The translations under genes and the position numbers were made by a program. Positions 26,201-38,285 of a stretch of 64,000 bases of DNA are shown in pieces; position 1 is the stretch's first letter; every line of letters starts with the position of its first letter. Source of the DNA: Lingula anatina (Eukaryota > Animalia > Brachiopoda); contig CM120641.1 of the NCBI GenBank assembly GCA_051362555.1, positions 38,012,401 through 38,076,400 on the forward strand. Reading direction: 5' to 3'. A model generated the notes under the pieces. The model had not been told where the DNA came from, did not search any database, and saw only the letters and a list, made by a program, of their open reading frames with translations.

Positions 26201-29200
26201 ATTTTGAAAAAGAGGCAAAAAACTTAGTAATTAAAATACTCACCACATTTGGTTTTGCATGATGTTGATAGTGCATGTGGTTCCACCAATGTGCAGATGC
26301 ACCCTGGAAAATGGAAAAAAATTATTTCTAAAATTTTATAATCTTTCTTTGGATAAAATCTAAAAAAGAAAATCTGTCTCTTCTTTGTCATATTGTTCTA
26401 TTGTAGTGTTTTTCACCAATTGTTCACTGAATGTCATATGCAGCTTAATACCACATGAACTATTCAACTTGCTCCAATTTTTTAAAAATATTTCCTTGGG
26501 TAACTGTTTTTATAAACAGCCCTCACTGGTTTGTTGTATCATTTGAACTTTAAAATAAAGTCTTTATTTCATTGTCTAATACTAATGTTTACATAAAGCA
26601 GCTAGTCATGTTCTAAGCCTAATTGGGATGAATATTAACCAAAGGAAAGGAAAATTCAAGTCTATATTTTCAAACTTCAATTGACAAAACATTTCACATG
26701 AACATATTTAATAAAAATCATCCTAATTTAAACTGCTGTCCTTTGACTTCAGATCAGACTTTACCTAAATGATAAATGTAGACATTTATTAGATAGCACT
26801 GACATAAGGTCAAACACTATGCACTATGGCCTATGCTGTGACCGCTTTTGCTGTTATCTCTGAGTAACAGGTCTACTTTTGTAAACACTTAACAGTCATG
26901 GTGCCTGGCAGAGATAAAAAAAAATAAGCTAAGCCCAACTTAAGTGAAGAGTACTAATTACATTATCTGCAATACTTTCCCCTGTATTCTAAAATTCCAT
27001 AAAAATGATCTATAATTCTGTTAAAATAAATGTTGGGCCTCCTTAAATATCTACAAAGTACTATTTTGTAATTTATTACACAAATGAATGTATCTATTTT
27101 TTCTTTTGGAGAGATCTGTCAAAGTCAATGTTTTGTTTCAAATAAAATGCAGAAAAAATTGCATTTTCTATGAAATTATCAAAATAGGCAAAAGATAGTA
27201 GATATCAATACCTATTAATTTCAGCATGCATATTCAATCAGACTTCAGGATACAAATGAGTAAACAAATGCCATATGTATAACTAGAAAAGCACTCAGAG
27301 AGCGCAGACCTCTGTCAAAGCAGCAAAGTCTCCATCCAATGCCGTTTCACCCCTAAATTTTCGATATTTTTTATTATTGATTGATTATTGATCCGTATCA
27401 CCACCAAAAACTAATCATCTCTTCCTTGGCCCACTTCTGACAGTTCCTGAATATTTCATCAAAATCGGTCCATAACTTTTTGAGTTATGTTGATGACAGA
27501 CGGACAAACAAACAGTGGTGAAAACATAACCTCAGTGGCGGAGGTGAAAAAGAGATTCATAATACATTTTCATTTACATTGCCCTCTGGAAATGGGCTTA
27601 CTGACCTTAATAAACCCCATGGTAAACTGGTGCAGAACATGGTCAATTTTACTGTTCTTAAACACTGACAGGTGCCCAAAGTCATGCTGCAGCCAGCCTA
27701 CCTGAGCCTAGAGAAAGTGAAAGTGACATGTCATGGTACTGAATTTACAAAATACTGTTAAAATGAAAGAGAATAGTACATCAAAAGTTATACGGTATCA
27801 TGGACAACATTTCACACCTATGTACACAACAAATATGATCTTAATGAGTTTTGAATAAGATTCAATTAGGTGCAAGTTTAGTTCTCCCCTCCATCTCCTA
27901 AGACCATGGCTTTTTATGAAATTTTATTTCAGTTCTAAGCAGCTTAATTTAAATATGTGTCTTATATTACTGAAGTGATACAACTTTACCTGAACAGTGG
28001 AATACAGAACAACAGACACAATCCAAGGTATCCATCCAGTTCCAAAATACCACATATTTAAGTATGACAGTGCCTCCAGTATCAGTATATGTAGCAAAAC
28101 CACAGCAAAGAAAAAATAACTAGGTTGGAAGAGGCCCTAGAAAGAGAAAAAAAAACATTCACAGGAGGTGACAAAAGATGCTGCATGCTGATGAACCTTC
28201 ATCACAAAGACCTTCAAATTCGTTTAACTTTACGTTTAACTGTTCACGTTAAACACTAAACTCAACCATGGTGGCAATGAGGTAGAACTGGCCTAACCTG
28301 GAACTTCCACAGATATATCAAACTTAGGATGCTGGTCCCAGAACAGTATCCGCATACCCCAAATGGAGAAGTGGTTGTCATGTTACTTGTAACATCTATG
28401 GGCATGTCAGTATATCAATATGGTGATCATCTTAGTCTTAAAATGTGTTAGAATTAAAGCCTAAATCTGGTAACAATTTTAAACAATTTTAAACAATTTT
28501 AAACCAAAATAAATCGATATTACCATTTTTTCTGCTTTCTTTCTTAACTCTTCAAAATCTTCAACGATATCTTTGGTTTGTTTCTCTGAGAGTGCTAGTG
28601 TTCCCACATGGAGTGCCTTGAGGAATTTTTTTGGGTGAGAAAGATCATTATGGAATGCTATAAAAGGTTCCTAGAAAAACAAAAGAAAAATGGGTACGAG
28701 TAATACAATAACCTTTAATAATGAAAAGAACGCAAGCAAATCTTTGTCTTAAAGCATATGACATACAATTTAAAACTCAAAAATAGTCAATATAAACTAA
28801 AAATTGTTGAAGACTACAGAGAATATTGGCTTTTTATATTTTTTATTGCTAAGGCCACACTTTTTTAATTTTATGGATGACATCCTGCGCGCGCACTGAT
28901 TTTCGTCCGTTCTCCAAAAAAAAAAAAAAAAAAAAACCCCCCCAAACCGCCCCCCCCCCCCCCCCCCCCCCCCAAGGAAGTTGGTTGTTGCAAACATCCT
29001 TATTGAATTTGCAGGAAAATGCAATCGGCAATTCTCGGCTTATTCCGCAAGCTCTTAAGAGATTTTAACAAAAAACCAAACTTTTTAGAAAAAAACAGGG
29101 ACTAACTTTGAATGTAAAAATGGATTCATAACCATTGGTAAGTATGGGAAAATTGTTGTTTACTCCAGGAAAATTCATTTTCTGGCCGAAACGAAGAGTT

Positions 29201-32200
29201 ATTATTGCTTGAAATTTCAAAATACACGACAATTAAGTCATAAAGAGAACGGGGGCCGTCTTTTTGGATTGGTTTGCCATTGATATTGGACATGGAGATA
29301 TCACCCTTTTACAATTATACGAAAGGCTGGCCGCGGCCAGCGATCATCGCCCGGAAAATTTCAGTGACATTCTGTCCAGAGCAGCACATACCAGTTTCTT
29401 TTTGGAGCAAAAAAAGGGTCGACAAGAGCGTCGTGGTATTTGGTGGACTGAAGGTCGGACAGGCCACCCGATAGTTGGCTGCTAGCGTTTGAGTCGAAGT
29501 AGACAAAATGGCATCGACCGAAATTACCTTAGTAGTAGGAAGCATAGGCCTATCTTTGCTTCATTTTTTTAACAATTCTGTGAAGTGTTTACAATGCTTT
29601 AATTTTCTGAAAGTACAAATTAAGACACGCTGTTTATTTGATATTTGTTTTATTGGATGCTATACCAACAGAATGCATGAAATAACCTTAAATAGATTTG
29701 GTAATATGCAGCATATATATTCATGACTTTTTACCTTTCTACGAAGTAGGCCCTATTCACAATGCTTTAATATTTTGAGAGCATGGATAAAGACATGTTG
29801 TTAGTTTGATACGTGTTTCTGTGGTAAATTAGTGTTTCCAGCTGTGTACTGAAAACATAACTTTTCTTAAGCAGTTTTTTTTTTTGGACTGTTTTTTTTT
29901 TGCCCGCTCGCACCGACTTTGGGGTCCGCAGAGGATGTCATCCATAAAAATAAAAAAGTGTGGCCTAAGCATAAACATAAGCACCTCGGAGTGTTTATTG
30001 TCAATTTGACAGCTTTCTGTATTGAGGTGAGATAGCAATCAGCATGGGGCGTGACTTCAACCCTGAACAAGATCTTATCACAAACAGTGGCATGGATGAC
30101 GATAGCATTTGGGCTTCAATTCAATACCATCGTTTTGGTTTATATGTTTTTGTCAAGGGTTTATGAGCCCCTAGTTACAAAGGTATTATTGTACCACCAG
30201 CGTTAGCGCTGGCGGTACACATGGTTTTAGTCCCGTCCGGTCCGTTCCGCCGGCTCCGCCGGCTCCGCCGCCATGTTACCGTTACCGCTTCTCCTCCTAG
30301 ACGGTAATGGACCCCATACCCATCTCTTGGATTTAGGTCACCTATAATCTCAACTCGTTCCACGTAAAATTTGGGCTTTGTCGGTATTGGGGTCTAGGTG
30401 TGGCATTCATTGCAATGCACCCTTGTCCAAAAATGGCAAAATTAAATGCTAATTATCTCCCCTACGGAAGGAATTATGGGAAAAATTTCTACAGACAGCT
30501 TTCCAAAAGTCATATGTGTAGATTTCAAATATGCCCTTGGATTTGACCTTTGACCTTTATTTCAAGGTCAAACAGGCCAAAATTTTCAAAAAAACAAAAT
30601 TTTTGCCGAAAAAAAAATGATTTGCGCTCTTATTCAGACACCACACAGACTTAACTAACAATATTAATGGAAAGTGTTACATTTCGGGTCATCTTTCATC
30701 TCCGTGAATTTGGGGTCAATCGGTGCATTTTCACGGGAGTAGCGGCCATAAGATATCGAAACTGAAAACTGTCTCTAATTCGGGAACCGTTAATGCTAGA
30801 CACTCATTCTTTTTTGCATTTTGTAGAGCATGTAAAGCCCAACACTGGATGTGGTCTCCGTTTTTTTGTATTCCATACGGTTTTCGAGTTACGCTGTATC
30901 AAAAAGTACATATTGGTGGTGAAAGCAAAATGTGCAGTACGGTAATGGATAATAAATTTTGAACTCCGGAAAAATAAAACATAAGGCTTGGCAAAGCAGA
31001 CAACTTGTGGTCAAAAATGACATTATTTCATCAAATTTGAACATCTGGAACTTCAGAGCACCTCCCATTTCAAGAATTTTGACCAAAATGACCTTTTCTT
31101 TATTTTAATTAATTTTTTCTGTAGGAAATTTATGGCACATTATGGTAACTCCAAAATTATACCATTTAGTCCCTTATATCTCCAAAACTGGCAGAGATAG
31201 GTCCATAGTTACTATTGAAGTTGAATAGGAAGTCATATACTGGCAATCTAAATGTGACCTTAAAATTGACCTTTGACCTACTTTTCACCATGAACTGAAC
31301 TTTGCAAATTTTGCTTCCCTTTTATCTCCAAAACTGGCAGAGATAGGTCCATAGTCTCTATTGAACTTGAATAGGAAGTCATATATTGGCAATCTACATG
31401 TGACCTTAAAATTGACCTTTGAACTACTTTTCACCATGAACTGAACTTTGCAAATTTTGCTTCCCTTTTATCTCCAAAATTGGCAGAGATAGGTCCATAG
31501 TCTCTATTGAACTTGAATAGGAAGTCATATACTGGCAATCTACATGTGACCTTAAAATTGACCTTTGACCTACTTTTCACCATGAACTGAACTTTGCAAA
31601 TTTTGCTTCCCTTTTATCTCCAAAACTGGCAGAGATAGGTCCATAGTTTCTATTGAACTTGAATAGGAAGTCATATACTGGCAATCTACATGTGACCTTT
31701 AAATTGACCTTTGACCTACTTTTCACCATGAACTGAACTTTGCAAATTTTGCTTCCCTTTCATCTCCAAAACTGGCAGAGATAGGTCCATAGTTTCTATT
31801 GAACTTGAATAGGAAGTCATATACTGGCAATCTACATGTGACCTTAAAATTGACCTTTGACCTACTTTTCACCATGAACTGAAATTTGCAAATTTTGCTT
31901 CCCTTTTATCTCCAAAACTGGCAGAGATATGTCCATAGTCTCTATTGAACTTGAATAGGAAGTCATATACTGGCAATCTACATGTGACCTTAAAATTGAC
32001 CTTTGACCTACTTTTCACCATGAACTGAACTTTGCAAATTTTGCTTCCCTTTTATCTCTAAAGTTACGCTGTATCAAAAAGTACATATTGGTGGTGAAAG
32101 CAAAATGTGCAGTACGGTAATGGATAATAAATTTCGAACTCTGGAAAAATAAAACATAAGGCTTGGCAAAGCAGACAACTTGTAGTCAAAAATGACATTA

Positions 32201-33701
32201 TTTTATCAAATTTGAACATCTGGAACTTCAGAGCACCTCCCATTTCAAGAATTTTGACCAAAATGACCTTTTCTTTATTTTAATTAATTTTTTCTGTAGG
32301 AAATTTATGGCACATTATGGTAACTCCAAAATTATACCATTTAGTCCCTTATATCTCCAAAACTGGCAGAGATAGGTCCATAGTTACTATTGAAGTTGAA
32401 TAGGAAGTCATATACTGGCAATCTAAATGTGACCTTAAAATTGACCTTTGACCTACTTTTCACCATGAACTGAACTTTGCAAACTTTGCTTCCCTTTTAT
32501 CTCCAAAACTGGCAGAGATAGGTCCATAGTCTCTATTGAACTTGAATAGGAAGTCATATACTGGCAATCTTAAAGTGACCTTAAAATTGACCTTTGACCT
32601 ACTTTTCACCATGAACTGAACTTTGCAAATTTTGATTCCCTTTTATCTCCAAAACTGGCAGAGATAGGTCCATAGTTACTATTGAAGTTGAATAGGAAGT
32701 CATATACTGGCAATCTAAATGTGACCTTAAAATTGACCTTTGACCTACTTTTCACCATGAACTGAACTTTGCAAATTTTGCTTCCCTTTTATCTCCAAAA
32801 CTGGCAGAGATAGGCCCATAGTTACTATTGAAGTTGAATAGGAAGTCATATACTGGCAATTTACTGTGACCTAGGAATTGACCTTTGACCTACCTTACGA
32901 TGAACTTAACTTTGATTGTACCATTTTTAGTTATATATATATTTTTTGCATATTTTGAAAATTCTTGTTGATTGCATTTTTACAGCTTGTCAAGCACAAG
33001 ACTGGTGGCTGTGTTCCTTATTTTGTGTATGTGGGGGTCTGTACGAATGCGCTTGCTCCAGCTGGTGGTACAATATTCGGAGGCGGTATCGCCTCTCTGA
33101 TCCTCTAGTTTTGTCTTCCTAAGGCCATAATGTTATAATGTCATGGATGACATCTGCTAACACATCAGTTTTGCCTGTTCTAAACTGATATACCCAATAG
33201 TGTCATTAAATTGGTGTTAAACTGCGTTCATGGGTGCCCAGGTAAAAGAGAAATTTGAGACACCAATTTTACATTTTTTACCCTAAAATCAAAATTATGA
33301 CATCATCAGTGAAATGACATTTCTGTAAATGCAAAGGGATTTTGTCAATAAATGCTTAAGATTCATTTACCGGTATATACCAAAACATGTACTAGTACAT
33401 AAAAACAGTAATTTAGTTTTTGTTTAACCCTGTCTATAACCTTAAGAACAACTTACACAGTTCCAGTCAATCTGATCTAATCAAAATCAAAATCAAATAT
33501 GAAAAAACTTACTGTAGCATCTTGTCCTGAGTAATGTCCTAAGAGTCGGGATCCTCCTGGATGCTTGTCTGACCACCTGGTCACATCATACACTTCGCCA
33601 TCTATAACAATCCACCGGTCAGTTTTAATGGAATGCTTCTTGATTTCCTCCCATGTCAGGTACTTGGGTCCACCTTTATTTCCCTGTCCTCCTTTCCCCA
33701 T
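23219..33701 (-). CDS. FADS: Front-end fatty acyl desaturase (FADS1/FADS2-like, delta-5/delta-6 type), 13 coding exons
   Basis: MGKGGQ start at 33701; cytochrome b5 HPGG motif in exon 1; His boxes HDFGH (~27680), HYQHH (~26265) and QIEHH (~23975); last exon [19 protein letters not shown] with TAG at 23221-23219. Regiospecificity cannot be read from sequence. Confidence 0.95.
27281..27550 (-). mobile_element. Short Helentron-associated element (HINE/DINE-1-like)
   Basis: aactag end with adjacent imperfect hairpin, subterminal inverted pair acctctgtca / tggcggaggt, and a gacagacggacaaacaaac microsatellite. Confidence 0.7.
28853..29965. mobile_element. Non-autonomous DNA transposon with TAA TSD (PIF/Harbinger- or Zator-like)
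   Basis: TIR ggccacacttttttaattttatggatgacatcct / aggatgtcatccataaaaataaaaaagtgtggcc, taa on both sides; contains a fragment of the TTAA MITE family. A similar lone end lies at ~33120. Confidence 0.8.
30186..33112 (+). mobile_element. Helentron-associated non-autonomous element (HINE) with an internal tandem array
   Basis: 5' subTIR attgtaccaccagc (30188) inside a local hairpin, then a ccgt/ccgg micro-repeat; 3' subTIR gctggtggtacaat (33061), hairpin gaggcggtatcgcctc and ctagtttt terminus. Confidence 0.8.
31178..32910. repeat. 146-bp tandem repeat, two blocks (6 + ~4 copies) inside the HINE
   Basis: atctccaaaactggcagagata recurs at 31178, 31324, 31470, 31616, 31762, 31908 and at ~32353, 32499, 32645, 32791; the lead-in 30889-31177 is duplicated at 32064-32352. 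Confidence 0.95.
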
Positions 33702-34847
33702 TATGCTGCTACAGTCTTTTCTGAGAGTAAAAAGAACGTAATTATCATCAAACTTAATTATGGGAGATTCTGCCTCCTTACCCCTACATGTACTCGCAAC
33801 AAACTGGGATCCTTCTTGGATCCAGCATGCAGTGAAAAAAATCTAAATTTGATAAAAATTTGTATTTGATGTACAGATATTATTTAAGCAAAAAACATTT
33901 CATTTTTTTAAGCCTTTTAAAAATTTTTGTGCACATCCATCAAAATTAAAATGACAATCTAAATGTGTTATTGCATGACATCACATTACATTGAAATTTA
34001 CCAGAATTCTCCCTTTAAGAAAAGTTAAACAACACATGCTTTCAAGATGCTTTTGACATTTTTTCGTTTTGATTAATTGGTAAAATAAATCATATGACAT
34101 GGAAAACATGACTAGAGGCACACACAATCTGATAACTTCATCACCTGTTCACCAATTTATCAGACATACAGTTTACAAAACTCCATTTCAAATTACACAT
34201 GATATGACCAGTTTGCTGATCAACCTTCAAGCTTGGAAAACAAGTGAAGACCAAATAATTTTTTTAAAATATTATCGATGTTATAACATATATCACATCA
34301 GTGCCTTGTCTGCATTTGACAGATCTATTATGATTGTGGATTTTATGGCAATTTCCCATCCCCCTGTATCTGCTACCAGATGACAACTTGTGGATAACTT
34401 CATAAGCTAATCTGAGTCTCCATCATATTCATCATCTTTGTCATCACTCCTTTATCTTACTCTGAACTTTAGTTTGCAATAAACACATGTCATTGCTATG
34501 ATGCCTGGAAGCACTTGGTGAAAAATTAACATAGAATAAAAGCAAGGATAAAAGCAGTATTCTATGGGCAAACCAAACCATGATAGAACTTGGTAAGACC
34601 ATATTCTATGGGCAAGCCAATATATGATAGAACTTATTAAGACCAAGGTGAATTTTTGTCCACTTACCTAACTTGTAATTAAAAGTGAGAATACAAAGCA
34701 CCTTGAGAGTCTCCCAAAAGATAGTTAGAATTGTCTTTAAGGCAATTTAATAAGGGGCAAAGTATGACTTGGTTTCTGTATTGACTGTGGAAGATGTCAG
34801 CTTATGTGGATGGCAGGCCGTCTAATAATTGCCCTTAGATAATACAT

Positions 34848-35347
34848 TTAGAGGATAACAACTCTTCACTTTGGTGGGAAGTGACATTAAACTGATTTTC
34901 CTGGGGTCAATGACAATTTCCCCACACTTTCCAATGGTTAATGAATTCTACATTAAAAGTTAATCAATTGTTTTTTAAGTGTGTTTTTTTGTAATAATCT
35001 CTTAAGAGATTATTATAGAGGTAGCCATCTATGAAGGTCCAAGTGGTCCAATGGCAAGCACAGATTTCAGATTTCAGTGGTAAAATGGAGAGTATTATAT
35101 TTTTATGTGTTAATTGTTAATAACAGGGGCGGATTTAGGTCGTCTTCTGGGTCTCCCAGAAGACGGTCATATCTTCAAGTTTACATTGACAGGTATCTAA
35201 TTTTTTCTGTCGGAAGACGGTCAAAAATGAGGATGGATCAATAAAGATAATTTGGAAGACTGTCAGAAAATAGCTCTGGATCCACCCCTGAATAATGCAT
35301 TTATTGTGGCATTTTTGATCTTATATACCGAGTTGTTATCCCTTTAA
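34848..35347. mobile_element. TTAA/Kolobok-like MITE copy with a nested CAGGGGCGGAT MITE
   Basis: Homologous to 6281-6648; interrupted at 35124-35290. Confidence 0.65.
35124..35290. mobile_element. MITE with CAGGGGCGGAT-type TIR, copy 1
   Basis: caggggcggat...atccacccctg with aataa on both sides and gaagac(g) sub-repeats; near-identical inverted copy at 56988-57155. Confidence 0.8.
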
Positions 35348-35847
35348 TATAAGTTATAATTCTAGGGCAGCAACCTAGTCTCAGAGATATCAAAATGTAC
35401 ATCTAAAATGCCCCTGCAACCTAGCCTGACATACTCAGTAATCATTGAGACAACACTGCAAACAATAAAGACATAACACATAATCAAACACTGGATCTAT
35501 AAATCTAATTAGGAGGGTTCTATTTCTGAAAATGTAGACATTTTTTCTTTAAGTTGATTCAACTTAAGAAATGGCATAGATCAAATTAGGAATGGACTTC
35601 TTTCAGCCAAAGGGTCATTTTTCACAGCCCTCGAACCCCCGGCCTAACCCCCCCCCCCCCCCCCCCAATCTTTGGCCATACATTTATTGCTGAACTCATT
35701 TAAGTCCTCATTTAAGATTATTATTCCAAGACTTTTTTAAAAAAGCAATACTTAAGTACATTAGACTTTGACACATTGGTATTATATGCCAAACACTTGA
35801 CTTAAAAATGAATGTGTTAACACTTGGAGGTGAGGGTCAGAAACAAT

Positions 35848-36160
35848 GAAAGGGAATAACAACTCTTCAGATGAGATTCAAAATTCCACAATAAATACAT
35901 TGTAAACAACTCAGAGAAATATTATTAACTCAATTTTCCACCAAATGGCAGTGATTGCAATTATTCTAAAATTTGTGCTTGCCATTGAACCAAGGGGACC
36001 TTCAAAGATGGCTACCCTCCATAATAATCTCTTAAAAGATTACTACAAAAAACACTTATACAAAAAACAATCGACCAATTTGCATGTTGGAATGGATTCA
36101 TTAACCATTGGAAAATATATGAAAATTGTAGTTTACCCTGGAAAAATCCATTTCATGGCA
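35848..36160. mobile_element. TTAA/Kolobok-like MITE copy, inverted
   Basis: Reverse-complement similarity to 6281-6648 (ccacaataaatacattgtaaacaactc; taatctcttaaaagatta; aaccattggaaaatat). Confidence 0.6.
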
Positions 36161-37099
36161 CTTTTTCCATGGAAATGAAGAGACTACAGCAAATTTAAAA
36201 TAATCATACATCTATGTGAAAAGTTTTTTTTCATAATTCTTATCAGTTTGTGAATTATATGCATTGTATAACCATTTATAGCTACATTGATGGAAAACTT
36301 CTGACATCATAAGAGTAATCACTACCAGCAACATTTATAAAAACTATAAAGTCAATTTACTGTAACTATTTATGTAAACAAGAATTGTTATCTGTTTATT
36401 TAACTTCCCATGTTTGAGTAACCTTGATAACTAATTTAATACCAGTAATTAGTAAGAATGTTTTATTATCTTCCCCATCACTTGTTACAGTGATATAGAA
36501 TACAGAGCTGTATAAGTAAAGCTGTCCCATTAAATTGAGAGATATTGGTATTAATCAAAATTACAACAAACAACCAGGACACCAGCAAGAAAAACAGATT
36601 TGACTTTCACCTGGGCAAATGTCAAACCAAACATCAACAATCCATCTTCAGTAATTTCTTTTAAAAATTCAGTAATAAATAGAAGAAAAAAGCTTGAATT
36701 TTAAGCCTACAATAACCAATTTGTTTTGCATATATTCTTCATTACTGAGGCAGTGAGAATTATAATCTGGCAGTGGCAGCAGACATTGTTGCTATAACAA
36801 CATAAAATGTTCATATAAACTCATTATTTCTGGTTGATAAGCGCTGGCTGTTATGAAAAGCATTGTTATGTAAAGCCGTTACCACTGCGTGTGTCAAATA
36901 CCCTGACCCCATATTAGTGCACTCTTTTTAAAAGAACTCTTAAGAATCAATGCACTTTTTCGTGTTACATGTGTGCCCCTTTTAACATCATCAATAATAA
37001 CTGGGAACAAAGCTACCAGGTCTAAAAATCAATTAATTGGAACCCCCAGAGCAAGTAAAAAATATTTCCGGGCCAAATTCCTATTCGTTTTCACTCTAT

Positions 37100-37650
37100 G
37101 GACAATGTCCCGTGCTTGAATAGTCTGAATAGCGTGCTCCGCTACACGTACCTGACAAACCGGCCGGCGCCAATCACTAGGCAGTCTTGACAACCCTCAA
37201 AATCGATGACAGTGAAAAATCCCGAATGATTTCAAACGTTCTCTTTTGTTTCTGCTTTTGACCGGTGTCAGCTTGGTGGTATGGAGCTCTAGAATGCCAA
37301 GGAAGTGGTCAATATAGACGTGACAGATAGCCTTCCACATTCACCCTGACATAACTAGCTATCTCAAGAAGTCAAGGTCATTCGCTCACCTGATGCCGAT
37401 TGCTTCAGTTGAGCCTTGAACTGGAATTTAAATTTACAATATACTTTATGTTGTCGATCTAAAATCAATTCACGTGGTTGTTTTTGTTGATATCTGATGC
37501 GGGTTATGAAAATATCGCTATCCTTACTTTTTAAATTTTGAATAAAACGCAGCTTCTCACCCGCACGCATTCAGTCAAACACTGTACTGCTGACGGGCTT
37601 GAATTTGATCACGTTAAGTGCACCCAGAGTGCACGAGCGTATCTTGTTGT
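37100..37650 (-). promoter_or_regulatory. Probable FADS promoter and alternative 5' UTR exons
   Basis: CpG-enriched patch upstream of FADS; minus-strand donors cag|gtacgt (~37151) and cag|gtgagc (~37388); CCAAT (~37170); E-box cacgtg (~37471). An acceptor at ~33721 precedes the FADS ATG. Confidence 0.5.
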
Positions 37651-38285
37651 CACTATCAGTTTCTACAGTAATAGTATCAGTATTTATTTCATCATATCAT
37701 GTTTACAACTAAAAGTGTAACACTACAACAACTTTTATCAATGCGTGGACTCAAGAATTCATCATTTTAGCACAAAATTTAATATTTTTGTTATTGCTTC
37801 AGTTCATATAGTGGCGCTGAAGATCAATAATGATAGTTTGTATATTTTTGGCAACTTAGTATGTCAACTTCTGAAGCCAATAAATCACAGTACCTTCAAA
37901 GGAAAACTAATTATAAAATCCTTTAATGATTGTTACATGTAAATCTGTAGAAAATATAGCACATACTGGTATATACAGTACAATATCACTTCATCATTAA
38001 AAGATAATTTAAAAATGTGAATCAAAAAGAAGGTTTAAAGCAAAACAAAACTTTAACATCAGTCAACCAGTTTTCACAATAAAAGCTTACAAATATCATG
38101 ATACATACAGAGTACACACATCAGTAAAAATGAGTAAATGATAAAAAATATTAACTTAATTCACCTGAGTGACTCGTATCTTAATCAAAGATGGCTTCCT
38201 GATCAAATAAATTCGAGATCTGATACACTGATGTTGCATAATCTTTCTTTCAACATAATTTGGTGTAGTGACAAACTGACAGCTG

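Noticed and set aside
28797-29068. Poly-Gly/Pro/Lys/Phe ORFs
   Set aside because: Translations of A and C homopolymer runs within a MITE.
30889-32261. Two near-identical 65-aa ORFs (MVKILEMGG...)
   Set aside because: By-product of the internal duplication in the non-coding HINE; non-ATG start and no domain.
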